Below are positions 37,348 to 48,348 of a DNA stretch of 64,000 nucleotides, in pieces (positions within the stretch are counted from its first letter, which is position 1; every line of letters begins with the position of its first letter). The stretch is from positions 1 through 64,000 of the forward strand of contig JBDRNJ010000031.1 in NCBI GenBank assembly GCA_043811375.1, read 5' to 3'. The stretch comes from a bacterium. GTDB taxonomy: Bacteria; Zixibacteria; MSB-5A5; GN15; FEB-12. The notes under the pieces were generated by a model that was not told the DNA's origin, did not search any database, and saw only the letters and a program-made list of their open reading frames with translations. A program made the translations under genes and the position numbers.

Positions 37348-39417
37348 CTACTCCCTGGCGCCGGCAGCCCTCGAAAGCAGCATCTCGGCGGCCAGAAGCA
37401 TGATTGCCGTCCACAAAAAGAGGGGCCAGAGTTCTTTACCGAAGCGGAGTTGGGCGATGGCAGCGGTCACATTCTCGCCGGTATCCAGCAGGCGATAGTC
37501 TCGGACGCCCAGGGCCGTGGCAAACTGGTCCACGTCGGCAGCCGTCAGGTCACCCTCGTCAGGATCGAGATTGACTGCAAACCGGTCAACCTCGTAACTC
37601 AGCGAGCTTATACGGTAGATACCGGGCAGGTCGGTCGGTTCGGGCGACAGCACCAGTACGCCCTGTTGTTCTTCGGGAGGGATGCTATAAACCCGGCCAT
37701 CGGGAGCGGTTAATTCATAAGCCGCCCCTACCGCACCCTTCACGATGAGATTGCGTCTGATGTGATCGTCGGTGAATAGATGCACGTCGTAACTGGACAG
37801 ATCGGAACTTAGGTACTCAACGGTTCTGGCCACCAATGGTACAAAAAAAGCCCGCGCCGCCAGATCAGTATACTCAGGTGCTAACGGAGCAATAAATGTC
37901 ACCACCCGCCCCTGGCTGAAATCGGCCTGGACCATCGCCGGTCGACCGCCGGTGAAGACGGCCACTGTCCGGGCCTGGCCGATGGTATGGGCTTTGGGCA
38001 GGGTGAAAAACTTAATCTCCGGTGGCGGCTCTTTCTCAAAGCCGAAGACCGTGAAGATGGGATGGTTCAGATCGAAAGTGTGAAAAGTGTAGTACCCGGC
38101 CCGGGTGAAGTCTTGCCGGATCGGTTCGTCAAACACAACTCCGGAGACCTCAGACCACTCCTGGTTGAAATAATCAATGTCGGTCCGGTCGCCGTATGTC
38201 AGCAGCAGGGACTTGCCGTTTTTGACAAAAGACTTGATACGATTGGCATACGACGCCGGCAGTTCGGGCGAGCCGGCCAGAATGATGACGTCGTAGTCGG
38301 AAAAACTCACCTGGGACAGTTCCTGCAGTCCGGCTCGTTTGACCGACCAGTAATGGTTGGCCGAGGCTGAAGGCACCAGGGCCAGGCCCAGCAACTGCCC
38401 GGTTCCGTCGCCGTCGATTATCAGCACGTTGAACGTCGGCGGGATGCGGAAGCTGAAATAGTAACGGTTGTCACCGGCGAAGCGATCGTCGGAGAGTTCG
38501 ACATAACCGGAATGGAACCCTCCGCGGGACAGATTCCGGGTGAATCGAGCAGTGGTTTCCTGTCCGGCGGCGACGGCGAGATCAACCTGAGCAACCCGCT
38601 GATCGTTTATAAACAGCGATGCAATGATGTCGGAACGGTCGTCAGCGCCGTAGTTTCTGACGGTAGCGGTAAGATCAAAGTCCTGTCCCGGCACCAACAA
38701 CTGGCCGCCAAACGCCATGCCGGTTATGCCGCAGTTGGCATGTCCCTCCAGAGGCAGGTCCACAATATAGACGTGAGCGTCAATTGACGCCGACACCTGG
38801 CTGTCCGGGAGCGAGCCTCTCTGACGGTCGCAGACAATGTATATTTCCTTGTTAAGATTGCCGGCATCGGCCAGCACACCGGCAGCGGCGGCCAGACCGC
38901 CTTCGAGGTCAGAGCGACCATGTCCGGCCGGTAAATCACGCAACTGTTGTGCGGCTATGGCCGGCGAACCCAGCCGGAGAATCGGCGCCGACAGCTTGCT
39001 GCGACATAAAGGCACCAGGGCCACTTCATCGGATTCGCCGAATGTTGCCAGCAGTCGTTCGGTTTGACGACGGGCGATTTCAAACAGATCACCATCAGCC
39101 GTCTGACGATTCATGGAAGCTGAGTTATCCATCAATACCACCGCCGACACCGTGGCATGAGCGCCGACACTGCCGCCGGTGCTGGTGGGACGGGCAAACG
39201 CCAGCACCACCATCAAAATGATAAGCATCCGCAAAAGCAACAGCAGCCATTGCCTGATCTTCAGGCGTCGCACCTGGCGTCGCTGCATCGCCTTGAGATG
39301 TTTCAGCGATGAAAACTCAACCACCTTGACCCGGCGACGAAAGAACAGGTGTATCAGCAGAGGGACCAGGGAAGCTACCGCCGCCAGCAGAATTGTCGAA
39401 TTCAGAAAACCAAACAT
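37348..39417 (-). CDS. BatA / vWA domain protein with CARDB-like and GATase-like regions
   Basis: FLN..PLLIHL..FSSL BatA N-terminus, DNSASM MIDAS motif, C-terminal TM. Confidence 0.82.
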   Translation of the reverse strand: MFGFLNSTILLAAVASLVPLLIHLFFRRRVKVVEFSSLKHLKAMQRRQVRRLKIRQWLLLLLRMLIILMVVLAFARPTSTGGSVGAHATVSAVVLMDNSASMNRQTADGDLFEIARRQTERLLATFGESDEVALVPLCRSKLSAPILRLGSPAIAAQQLRDLPAGHGRSDLEGGLAAAAGVLADAGNLNKEIYIVCDRQRGSLPDSQVSASIDAHVYIVDLPLEGHANCGITGMAFGGQLLVPGQDFDLTATVRNYGADDRSDIIASLFINDQRVAQVDLAVAAGQETTARFTRNLSRGGFHSGYVELSDDRFAGDNRYYFSFRIPPTFNVLIIDGDGTGQLLGLALVPSASANHYWSVKRAGLQELSQVSFSDYDVIILAGSPELPASYANRIKSFVKNGKSLLLTYGDRTDIDYFNQEWSEVSGVVFDEPIRQDFTRAGYYTFHTFDLNHPIFTVFGFEKEPPPEIKFFTLPKAHTIGQARTVAVFTGGRPAMVQADFSQGRVVTFIAPLAPEYTDLAARAFFVPLVARTVEYLSSDLSSYDVHLFTDDHIRRNLIVKGAVGAAYELTAPDGRVYSIPPEEQQGVLVLSPEPTDLPGIYRISSLSYEVDRFAVNLDPDEGDLTAADVDQFATALGVRDYRLLDTGENVTAAIAQLRFGKELWPLFLWTAIMLLAAEMLLSRAAGARE

Positions 39418-39426
39418 TTTGTGCGC

Positions 39427-41328
39427 CTATTGCCGGTACGGTGTGTCCAGGTATCGGCGAGCTTCTACCTGGTGGTAGTCGGCTGAAGCCAGAGACAAAA
39501 CGTGCCCGTAGAAATCACGTGCCGCCGAGCGATCACCCTGCAGATCGGCGGTCTTCCCCAGCCAGAGGTTGATCATTCCCTGATAGAAGGGTCGCGTCTC
39601 AAGGAATAAAGCCGTTCGCAAGTAATCACCGGCCATGCCGGTATCATCCAGCCCCAGAAATGCGATGCCGAGCCAGAGGTAAGCTGTGGGTGAAGCCTTG
39701 TGGGTTTGCAACTGCTGGTCATAGAAAGCCAGTGTTTCATTAAAATAGGTGATGGCCAGGGCGCGATCAGCCTTGTCGGCAGAGGCTCTGAGAATACCGG
39801 CCAACAAGACTCTGCTCTCGCCACTGCTGTACCGGGTGGGATTGTTAACCAGGTCCTGCAGTATCCGCCTGCCTTCTGTTTCTCTGCCTGTAAAGAGGTT
39901 GTTTAAGGCCAGGTTGAACCGGGTAAAATTATCGGTGGAGTCTGTCTCCAGCGCCTTGAGAAGGTCCGCGCGGGCTTCTTCATAATAACCGTTCATCATT
40001 TTGTACGCCCCCAGACCGGTCCAGTTTCTGGCTGTTTCTGCAGCCAGATTGGTCATTGCCGCCTGAGCCGTGGTGGCGGCATAGTAATCACCGGCGAAGA
40101 AGCAGGCTCTCTTGAGATGGTACAGCGCGCCCAGAGAGTCGCCGACCGTCGTCGCCTGCCGCACAAACGAGCGGGCATACTGCAACATCCGGGAGTAGTC
40201 ACGCATCTGTTCCGACCGCTCGATGTGGAAAGTGAACTCCTCGGCGGAGATCGTCACGGTATCAATGTAAGTGTGCCACTCCTGTTCCAGTTGCGACAGG
40301 CTGCGATCATATATCTGCTCAATAGCGGCGCCCAGATTGAGGTCATCAGCCGCTTTCCATAGTGACCTCACTCGTGCCAGCGAATACTGATCGACAAGGT
40401 ACTTAACAAATGAAGCCGAGGAACGATCAGCAATGAACGGATCGGCGTGGTAATACTGATCGCTGTTTAGCAGGAACGTCAGCGGTAGTGACCGTTCCTC
40501 CTGCAGCAACTCCTTCATGTCGAGTACCGCCGGTGTCAGGTAGGACGCCAGCCCTTCCGACAGAAACGGCGGTGCATATCCGAGGTTACGCAGCAAGGCT
40601 GTCTGCACAATAAGGAATGGGTCAGCGGAGTTGATGGACTGACTGTAGATAGCAAAGGCCGTACCGGAGGTGGGGTCGATCGCCATCCCGAACCGGTCAT
40701 CCCAAAGCACCGAAGAGAGCGGGCAGGGACACAGGAAAACGTGGTACTTGCCCGGCAGATTGAGATCAAGCAGGTTCTTAAACAGTCGGTAATCGTGTTC
40801 GAAGAGTTCCTTGACGGATCCAAAGTAGTAGTCACCGAGAGAGTTGGGCACGAAGTACAGATCCATGTGAGCCGTGGGATCAAACCGGAAGACACCGTCA
40901 TCGCGATGGCTGAGGGCGCACATGGAAGTGTCGACTGTGATCGCCGAGAGGGGCGTTATCACCAGTTCATAGATTGCCGCCCCCTTACCGGTAATAGGTT
41001 TGATCGCAGCCGGTAAACCGTATTCGACTCTGAAACTCCGCGAGATTACCTCGGCCGGTGGCCCCAGAGTTACCAGGTGCAGATCGAAAGCTGTCTGAGC
41101 ACTATCGACCAGATCGATTTTAACTTCCACCGAAAAGGCGGCCAGGAAGCCGTTGGCCGAAATCCCCCTGACCAGTCGGGCGGTGTCGGTGACAATCCGT
41201 ACGTTTTCCTGGCGAGTGGAATCATACTGGTAGACGTCGAAGGCAAACATAACGCCTTTATCGGCCCATGCTGCGGCACCGATAAGGACAGCAGCCAATA
41301 TCAGAAAAGAAACACGCTTCATCATCAT
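39427..41328 (-). CDS. Secreted TPR protein with peptidase MA-like central domain
   Basis: Signal peptide, PPFLSEGLASY, C-terminal TPR helices. Confidence 0.65.
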   Translation of the reverse strand: MMMKRVSFLILAAVLIGAAAWADKGVMFAFDVYQYDSTRQENVRIVTDTARLVRGISANGFLAAFSVEVKIDLVDSAQTAFDLHLVTLGPPAEVISRSFRVEYGLPAAIKPITGKGAAIYELVITPLSAITVDTSMCALSHRDDGVFRFDPTAHMDLYFVPNSLGDYYFGSVKELFEHDYRLFKNLLDLNLPGKYHVFLCPCPLSSVLWDDRFGMAIDPTSGTAFAIYSQSINSADPFLIVQTALLRNLGYAPPFLSEGLASYLTPAVLDMKELLQEERSLPLTFLLNSDQYYHADPFIADRSSASFVKYLVDQYSLARVRSLWKAADDLNLGAAIEQIYDRSLSQLEQEWHTYIDTVTISAEEFTFHIERSEQMRDYSRMLQYARSFVRQATTVGDSLGALYHLKRACFFAGDYYAATTAQAAMTNLAAETARNWTGLGAYKMMNGYYEEARADLLKALETDSTDNFTRFNLALNNLFTGRETEGRRILQDLVNNPTRYSSGESRVLLAGILRASADKADRALAITYFNETLAFYDQQLQTHKASPTAYLWLGIAFLGLDDTGMAGDYLRTALFLETRPFYQGMINLWLGKTADLQGDRSAARDFYGHVLSLASADYHQVEARRYLDTPYRQ

Positions 41329-41370
41329 ACCTTATACTGAGAGTCAGGGAAAACGTTGACGACAGGACAC

Positions 41371-42111
41371 TCAGTCGTCATCCGATTCCTTCGTTGTCAC
41401 CAGTTGCCCCTCCTTGAGAATGGGCAGAACCGGCATAGCATCGATGCTTGCCGCGATCTCACAATCCAAGTCGAATCCCAATTCAATCAGATGCCGGCCA
41501 TGTTCTCCCTGCTGGATCGTTTGCTTGATGGCTGTTCGGCTGGTCCGGTAAAGCAGCAGGGCCAGCGAGCCGGCATCGTTCAGAGTCGCCGGAAGGTGTC
41601 TCTGGTTGATCAGCCGATCGATCAGTATGCCGCCGCAGAGCGTGTCCTCAATAGAGAAGCCGCCGTCATGCCCGGAGCATACGATTATCAGGTCACGATC
41701 TCGCTCTGCTACCGCGTCCGCCACCCGTGATATATTAACCAGGGCGCAACAGATGACCAGGCCGGCATTGTTACATCGGTTGAATACGCCGGTCCCGTTG
41801 GATGTGGTCATAACCACAAACTTGTCGCCGACGCTGTCGCTGGTAAACTCGGTCGGCGAATTACCCAGCTTGAAGTTTTCGATTTTGACACAGTCCCGTT
41901 CACCGGCCAGGACCGCCATATCGGACCCCAGTTTGCCCCACATTTCGCCCGCCTCGCCGGGACCGATAGTCGGGATAACGCCCCTCGCGCCGGCCATCAG
42001 GGCGGCACAGGCGGAGGTGCAAAAACGCAGCACGTCGATAACCACTACCGTCTTGCCCTCAAGGCTGACCCGGGTCGAGGGCATCGGCGTCAGGTAAAGG
42101 CTGATTTTCAT
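41371..42111 (-). CDS. comB: 2-phosphosulfolactate phosphatase family
   Basis: VVIDVLR, LAGER, GNSP, TTSNGT, SIED motifs. Confidence 0.88.
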   Translation of the reverse strand: MKISLYLTPMPSTRVSLEGKTVVVIDVLRFCTSACAALMAGARGVIPTIGPGEAGEMWGKLGSDMAVLAGERDCVKIENFKLGNSPTEFTSDSVGDKFVVMTTSNGTGVFNRCNNAGLVICCALVNISRVADAVAERDRDLIIVCSGHDGGFSIEDTLCGGILIDRLINQRHLPATLNDAGSLALLLYRTSRTAIKQTIQQGEHGRHLIELGFDLDCEIAASIDAMPVLPILKEGQLVTTKESDDD

Positions 42112-42121
42112 GGGGAACGCC

Positions 42122-43219
42122 TCATCGGTGCGAAGCTTTCTTGTAAAAGGGTGGTTTGACCACTACGGCCGGGTGTCGCTTCCCCCTGATTTCAACAGTC
42201 ACGGTGGAGCCGGCTTTGGCTCGACTACGCGGTACATACCCCAGTGCTATCGGTTTTTTCAGCGACGGCGAAAATGTACCGGAGGTCACGTGGCCGACCA
42301 CTTCACCATCATCATAGATGTCATAGCCGTGCCGAGGAAACACCCGGCCCTCAAGTTCCAGGCAGACCAGACGCCGACTCGGCTTCCGGGCTTTCTGCCC
42401 GGCGATTACGTCGCGACCGATAAAATCCTTGTCGAGATGGACAATCCAGCTCAGACCGGCCTCAATCGGTGTCGTGGTTTCGTCGATGTCGTTGCCGTAA
42501 AGAGTCATCTTCATTTCCAGTCGCAGCGTGTCGCGGGCACCCAGTCCGATCAGTTGCAGATCGTGCTCCCGGCCGGCTTCGGTAATGGCCTGCCAAAGGG
42601 CGGCACAATGTTGTTGCGGAATATAGATCTCAAAACCGTCCTCGCCGGTGTAGCCGGTGCGGGAGAACAACAGCTTGATCCCGGCAATCTCGGCCACCAC
42701 CGATGTATAGTAGGCCATGCTGTTCAGATCATGGTCGGTTACTTTCTGCAACACCCGTTGAGCGTTGGGTCCCTGAATCGACAGCAGACCGGTTTCAGAT
42801 GAGACGTTAGTCAATTGAACGTCACCTGACAAATGTTTCTGCAGCCAGGCAAAATCCTTGTCGATATTGGCGGCGTTGACTACCAGCAGGTAGCCGTCGT
42901 CCAGCCGGTACACCAGCAAATCATCGACAATACCGCCCTCGGCGGTAGTCATGCACGCGTACTGTATCTGGCCGACATCCAGAGCCGCCACATTGTTGGT
43001 AGTCGTTTTCTGAAGGAACGCCAGAGCCTCGTCGCCACTGACCTCAAACTCACCCATATGGGACAGATCAAACAGCCCGACGTTGTGGCGCACCGCCAGG
43101 TGCTCGGCCGTAATCCCATGGTACTGAACCGGCATCTGGAAACCGGCGAAAGCAACCATTTTGGCGCCGGCGGCTACGTGAAAATCGTAAAACGGGGTTT
43201 TGACAGGTTCCTCGGTCAT
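42122..43219 (-). CDS. gcvT: Glycine cleavage system aminomethyltransferase T
   Basis: FDLSHMGE, VVNAAN, SRTGYTGEDGFE, GLGARDTLRLE. Confidence 0.96.
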   Translation of the reverse strand: MTEEPVKTPFYDFHVAAGAKMVAFAGFQMPVQYHGITAEHLAVRHNVGLFDLSHMGEFEVSGDEALAFLQKTTTNNVAALDVGQIQYACMTTAEGGIVDDLLVYRLDDGYLLVVNAANIDKDFAWLQKHLSGDVQLTNVSSETGLLSIQGPNAQRVLQKVTDHDLNSMAYYTSVVAEIAGIKLLFSRTGYTGEDGFEIYIPQQHCAALWQAITEAGREHDLQLIGLGARDTLRLEMKMTLYGNDIDETTTPIEAGLSWIVHLDKDFIGRDVIAGQKARKPSRRLVCLELEGRVFPRHGYDIYDDGEVVGHVTSGTFSPSLKKPIALGYVPRSRAKAGSTVTVEIRGKRHPAVVVKPPFYKKASHR

Positions 43220-43423
43220 ATTTACTGGTCCCGATCATCGAGTTATTGCGCTGAAGTAAAGCCCAATGCCTGTCAATGTCAACATCAGATCGGGTGGGTG
43301 ATTACTGATAGGGGGATATTGGTTGTAGGGCAGATTACCCCGAGACCTGCCGGAAAGAGAATCGGCAGGAGTCGGAGACTCCTACCCTGTATGAACTATA
43401 AGTCAAAACCCTTTATGACGGCC

Positions 43424-43454
43424 GGGTGGCACTCCCAAACTCGTTTGGGAGTGG
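43424..43454 (+). repeat. REP palindrome at the 3' side of the RAYT gene
   Basis: GGGTGGCACTCCCAAAC-tc-GTTTGGGAGTG. Confidence 0.75.
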
Positions 43455-43457
43455 TAC

Positions 43458-44006
43458 TTATGAAAATGGGATGTGACTTCTATCAATAGGAATGGGGCCA
43501 CACCTCAGATTGTGCCAATCGCCAAAACTTGACCACTTCCATTCTTCTGGTGACCTAACCAACCCTTTCCTTACCGGGTTGGCATGGATGTAATCAATGA
43601 CTTTGAGGAGCGTATGCCTGTTAGTGATATTTCTGTTATAGCCGCCACCGTCCTGCCAGAAACGATACTTCTTGGACGTCAATCCGGTCATGAACTGTTT
43701 GAGCCTGTCCGGATGATTCTTCCGTGTATCCAGCAAGACCCTTCGTGCAACGGACTGTTTGATGGTCAGTAGAATGCCAGCTACGGAATATTCCTCACTC
43801 TCCGGATAAAGTAGTAAGTGCACATGATCCGGCATAAAGACATAAGCCCATATACTGAGACAATGTTTTTTCCGTGCCATGTTCACGGCATCAACAAGAA
43901 ACAGACACGTTTGCTCATCACAAAGAGATTGCCGGTTCCGGTAGCATGAGAAGGTAAGTTCGTGCGCATGTCCCGGTGTATTGAAATGGATTTTCTTGCT
44001 GCTCAT
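43458..44006 (-). mobile_element. REP-associated tyrosine transposase (RAYT, IS200/Y1 family)
   Basis: LTFSC, YVFMPDHVHLL (HUH), FWQ, YIHANPVRKGL, WKWSS. Confidence 0.88.
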
Positions 44007-44017
44007 CTTGGTTGCTT

Positions 44018-44047
44018 CAACCCCAAACAAGTTTGGGGTTGCCACCC
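44018..44047 (-). repeat. REP palindrome at the 5' side of the RAYT gene (further copies at 44143-44165 and 49072-49101)
   Basis: CAACCCCAAAC-aa-GTTTGGGGTTG-CCACCC, inverted relative to the 43424 copy. Confidence 0.8.
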
Positions 44048-44076
44048 CAGCCGGAGACTCCTGCCCTGTATGAACT

Positions 44077-44101
44077 GGATTCCCGTTTTCACGGGAATGA
44101 C
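44077..44101. repeat. ATTCCC-N8-GGGAAT type palindromic repeat
   Basis: GGATTCCCGTTTTCACGGGAATGAC. Confidence 0.6.
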
Positions 44102-44171
44102 ATGCGAGAAAAACACGCAGCATGCTGTAGGGCAACCTGGCGCAAACAAGTTTGGGGTTGCCACCTGGTGC

Positions 44172-45461
44172 TCATGACCCGACTACTTGACGAATGATCG
44201 GAGGGACACTGATTTCCCTGAAGTATTGGCTACACCATTGCGCAGCGTTGGGATTCTCCGCAAGAACATCGCGCACTGCCAAGATCAGGGAATGGTCAGT
44301 CAACTCGGAAACGAGTTTGGCGTATACTTTGCCGACATAGTATCGATTATGTGAGCACCCGAGCACCGGCAGACGTCGTAAGATGATCGTTTTTACGTCA
44401 AAATCTTCAGTGCACCGGAATACCTTTCCGTAGAAGGTAGCAACAACGTCACAATATGAGAACGCAAGCGGCTCATCCACCTGTCGGTCGTAAGCCCTGA
44501 AAACCTGTCCAAATTGTACTGGATGGTTCTGTATAAGTGGAATCAGGATTGGGTCCGGAATGTTTGGAAAGACTTGAGTCAACATCTGATAATCATCTGC
44601 AGTCTCGCTAAGAAATCTCGCCAAAGATTCGATGGATTGAGTGTCAAAACGCTGATCTCTGATGAGGTTTTGTACCATTTGCAGGGCTAATTCGCCGGGC
44701 TTCTCGAAATCTTGTCCGCGTTTCGTCACCAAGACCACATCTTTGACCATATCGGCCACAGTCTGATAGCGATTATCCGGTTCTTCGGCAGTCGCCTTCT
44801 GGATGATGTAATGGAATTTCTGTGGGGTGGCTTCCAAATTGAGAGATGGATGTGGATTACGCCCGGTCAGAATTTCGTATAGAGTCTTGCCCAGCGAATA
44901 TACGTCGGCCCGTACGTCCGCATGCTTTGCATCTCCCCATTGTTCTGGAGCGGCGTAACCTATAGTACCCATTACAACATCGGAACCTGTAACAGCGGGC
45001 GAATCTCTGTCGACAAGCCGACCCAAACCAAAATCCGAGACTGCGGCGAACATATCTCCATCGGAATCATTGTATATGAGGATGTTCTCAGGCTTTATGT
45101 CACGATGGATGATACCATTATTGTGCGCATACTCGATACCTGTCGCTGTTTCGTGGAAAATCCAGAGATCCTCCACTCCGTGGCTCTGCTGTAAGTACAC
45201 TCGCAGATTTACGAGTGCTCTCGGCATAACGAACCACGGCGGGCTGACTGTGAGGTTCATTCCAGATATTGGCACTATGTTGGGATGGTCGAGCTGGGAT
45301 TGAAGTCGCACTTCCCTTTGGAATCTTAGCAAGTCCTCAGGTGTAGCGTCAGACTTAAGTTTTTTAACAACGCATTTCCAGTCGTCGTCCGTGCGGATAG
45401 CCTCGTGGACATCGCCGAAGCCTCCACCGCCCAGTACTTCACCGAATCGATATCTCGCCAT
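44172..45461 (-). CDS. Hanks-type Ser/Thr protein kinase with uncharacterised C-terminal domain
   Basis: GGGGFGDV, VKK, HRDIKPEN, DFG, APE, DVYSLG. Confidence 0.92.
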   Translation of the reverse strand: MARYRFGEVLGGGGFGDVHEAIRTDDDWKCVVKKLKSDATPEDLLRFQREVRLQSQLDHPNIVPISGMNLTVSPPWFVMPRALVNLRVYLQQSHGVEDLWIFHETATGIEYAHNNGIIHRDIKPENILIYNDSDGDMFAAVSDFGLGRLVDRDSPAVTGSDVVMGTIGYAAPEQWGDAKHADVRADVYSLGKTLYEILTGRNPHPSLNLEATPQKFHYIIQKATAEEPDNRYQTVADMVKDVVLVTKRGQDFEKPGELALQMVQNLIRDQRFDTQSIESLARFLSETADDYQMLTQVFPNIPDPILIPLIQNHPVQFGQVFRAYDRQVDEPLAFSYCDVVATFYGKVFRCTEDFDVKTIILRRLPVLGCSHNRYYVGKVYAKLVSELTDHSLILAVRDVLAENPNAAQWCSQYFREISVPPIIRQVVGS

Positions 45462-45534
45462 TTCTCTTTCCCAACAGCATGTGGTTCACCCAGTACAGTG
45501 CCAACTCATCACAGAACCAATAATCAGCAACCCC

Positions 45535-48216
45535 CTACCCCAGCATCTGGCGCAACACCATCTGTAAAATGCCTCCATGTCGATAATAGTCGACGTCGAT
45601 AGGAGTGTCAAGGCGGACGAGCATCTCAAACGTCTTCTCAGCGCCATCGGCGCCTTTGGCTCGTACCGTGACTTTCTGCTGGGGTTGCAAGTCGTTGGAG
45701 AGGCCTTCGATAGTGAACGTCTCCTGCCCGGTCAGGCCGAGTGATTCCCGCGATTCACCCTCCAGAAACTGCAACGGCAGCACGCCCATCCCCACCAGGT
45801 TGGAGCGGTGGATACGTTCGTAAGACTGTGCCATGACCGCCTGGATACCCAGCAGGTTGGTGCCTTTGGCGGCCCAGTCACGCGATGAACCCATGCCGTA
45901 CAGATTCCCCGCCAGCGCCACCAGCGGGACTGAGGCATCGTCTCTTTTATATTTTATTGCGGCATCATAGATGGACATCTGCTCTCCCGATGACAGATGA
46001 GTGGTGATACCGCCCTCGGTGCCGGGCGCCAGCAGGTTGCGCAGACGGATATTGGCAAAGGTGCCGCGCGTCATAACGCGGTCGTTGCCGCGCCGCGAAC
46101 CATAGGAGTTGAAGTCCTCGAACTTGACACCGTGTTCGACCAGGTACTTGCCGGCCGGGGAGTCGGCTTTGATAACACCCGCCGGTGAGATATGGTCGGT
46201 GGTGATCGAATCACCCAACATCACCAGGACGCGAGCGTCATTTATGGGCATAATATCGGCGGGATCTTTGGGCATGTCGACAAAGAACGGCGGCTCCTGG
46301 ATGTAGGTCGAGGATTCGTCCCATTCGAACAGATCACCGCCGGGGCTTTTGATCTTGTTCCACCGGTCGTTGGCGTCAAAGACCGAGGCGTACCGTTTAC
46401 GAAACGCTTCCGGTGTTACGGTAGCGGAGACAGTGTCGGTGATTTCCTGCTGCGACGGCCAGATGTCTTTAAGGAACACCGGCGCGCCCGATTTGTCCTT
46501 TCCCAGCGGTTCTTTGGTCAGGTCGATATTAACCGTTCCGGCCAGGGCGTAAGCAACGACCAGCGGGGGAGAGGCAAGATAGTTAGCCTTGGTGTGCGGG
46601 CTGACCCGGCCCTCGAAATTGCGATTACCCGAAAGCACCGCCGAGACGACGAGGTCGCCTTTATTGATGGCATCGACAACAGCATCTGAGAGAGGACCGG
46701 AGTTGCCGATACAGGTCGTGCAGCCGAATCCGACCGTATGGAAACCAAGCTGCTTCAGCGGCTCTATCAAACCTGCTTTCAGAAGATAATCGACCACCAC
46801 TTGTGAGCCGGGTGCCAGCGATGTCTTGACGTATGGCTTGACTTTCAGTCCGCGCTCGGCAGCTTTTTTCGCTACCAGTCCTGCGGCGATCAGCACATAC
46901 GGATCAGAGGTGTTGGTGCAGGAGGTGATAGCTGCTATCACGATTGCGCCATGACTGATCTCAGATTTGGAGCCGTCCTCGATAGTGACGCTCCGTCCGT
47001 GTTGTTTGACCGGCAACTCGAAACCACGCTCTTTGACTGGCTTGGACAGAGCGGACTGGAACTCGTTTTTCATGTGTGATAGAGCAATTCGATCGTGGGG
47101 ACGTTTCGGTCCGGCCAGTGACGGTTCCACTGTCGAGATGTCGAGCTCTAGACTGTCGGAGTAGCTGGGAGGGGCTGAGCCCCTTTCGCGGAAGAGCATC
47201 TGTTCTTTGGCGTAACGTTCAACCAGGTCGACTTCGTCGTCGCTGCGGCCGGTCATGCGCAGGTAAGCCAGGGTCGAGTCATCGAACGGGAAATAACCCA
47301 TAGTAGCGCCGTATTCGGGAGCCATGTTGGCCACCATCGCCTTGGTCGGCAGTGAGAGATCATCGAGTGCCGGTCCGTAGTATTCGACGAATTTGCCCAC
47401 CACGCCTTTTTGTCGCAACATCTGGGTGACCGTCAGCACCAGGTCGGTGCCGGTGGCGCCTTCGGCCAGCTTGCCGGTCAGTTTGAAACCGACCACTCCG
47501 GGTGTGAGCATGTAGATCGGCTGACCCAACATGGCCGCCTCGGCCTCGATACCGCCGACTCCCCAGCCGACCACGCCGAGACCGTTGGCCATAACGGTAT
47601 GGCTGTCGGTTCCCACCAGCGTGTCGGGAAAGGCTGCACCGTCGCGGATAAGGACACCCTTGGCCAGAAACTCAAGGTTGACCTGGTGACAGATGCCGGT
47701 GCCGGGAGGCACCACGCGGAAGTTGTCAAAAGCCTTCTGGCCCCAATGAAGAAACTCATACCGTTCCCGGTTGCGCTCGAATTCTTTGGCGGTGTTGATT
47801 CGTTCGGCATCATCGGAGGCGTAGGCATCGACCTGCACCGAGTGGTCGATCACCAGGTCGACCGGTACCAACGGGTTGATCTTTCGCGGATCGCCGCCCA
47901 TCCGTTTCATCGCCGACCGCAGCGCCGCCAGGTCGACCACGGCCGGGACGCCGGTGAAATCCTGCAGCAGCACCCGCGCCGGCTTAAACGGCAATTCCCG
48001 GTGGCCGATATTCTCCGCGCTGTAGGCGGCCAGGCTGGTGACATCCTCCTCGCGCACGGCCCGGCCGTCGACGTTGCGCAGAACGTTCTCCAGCAGGATT
48101 CTAATCGAGTAGGGCAAACGGTCAATCTGACCGTACTGCGACAGCTTATCCAGACGGAAGATATTGTAGCTGTTGTTTTTCGTTTTCAAAATGCCGACAG
48201 CACCAAACGGATCCAT
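45535..48216 (-). CDS. acnA: Aconitate hydratase A
   Basis: [58 protein letters not shown]. Confidence 0.97.
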   Translation of the reverse strand: MDPFGAVGILKTKNNSYNIFRLDKLSQYGQIDRLPYSIRILLENVLRNVDGRAVREEDVTSLAAYSAENIGHRELPFKPARVLLQDFTGVPAVVDLAALRSAMKRMGGDPRKINPLVPVDLVIDHSVQVDAYASDDAERINTAKEFERNRERYEFLHWGQKAFDNFRVVPPGTGICHQVNLEFLAKGVLIRDGAAFPDTLVGTDSHTVMANGLGVVGWGVGGIEAEAAMLGQPIYMLTPGVVGFKLTGKLAEGATGTDLVLTVTQMLRQKGVVGKFVEYYGPALDDLSLPTKAMVANMAPEYGATMGYFPFDDSTLAYLRMTGRSDDEVDLVERYAKEQMLFRERGSAPPSYSDSLELDISTVEPSLAGPKRPHDRIALSHMKNEFQSALSKPVKERGFELPVKQHGRSVTIEDGSKSEISHGAIVIAAITSCTNTSDPYVLIAAGLVAKKAAERGLKVKPYVKTSLAPGSQVVVDYLLKAGLIEPLKQLGFHTVGFGCTTCIGNSGPLSDAVVDAINKGDLVVSAVLSGNRNFEGRVSPHTKANYLASPPLVVAYALAGTVNIDLTKEPLGKDKSGAPVFLKDIWPSQQEITDTVSATVTPEAFRKRYASVFDANDRWNKIKSPGGDLFEWDESSTYIQEPPFFVDMPKDPADIMPINDARVLVMLGDSITTDHISPAGVIKADSPAGKYLVEHGVKFEDFNSYGSRRGNDRVMTRGTFANIRLRNLLAPGTEGGITTHLSSGEQMSIYDAAIKYKRDDASVPLVALAGNLYGMGSSRDWAAKGTNLLGIQAVMAQSYERIHRSNLVGMGVLPLQFLEGESRESLGLTGQETFTIEGLSNDLQPQQKVTVRAKGADGAEKTFEMLVRLDTPIDVDYYRHGGILQMVLRQMLG

Positions 48217-48348
48217 GGTGGTCCTCCTTATGACCTGTGAATATAATCTGTCAATTGGTCAATTATACGCAAGAATCCGGGCCGGTGCAAGGTGGCAGGC
48301 TGCCGGGCACAATAGTGCTCGGTCAATTTGAATCAGCTGGTGTTCCTA

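Noticed and set aside
43220..43420. Glycine riboswitch upstream of gcvT
   Set aside because: No recognisable aptamer consensus; the hairpins present are REP-like.
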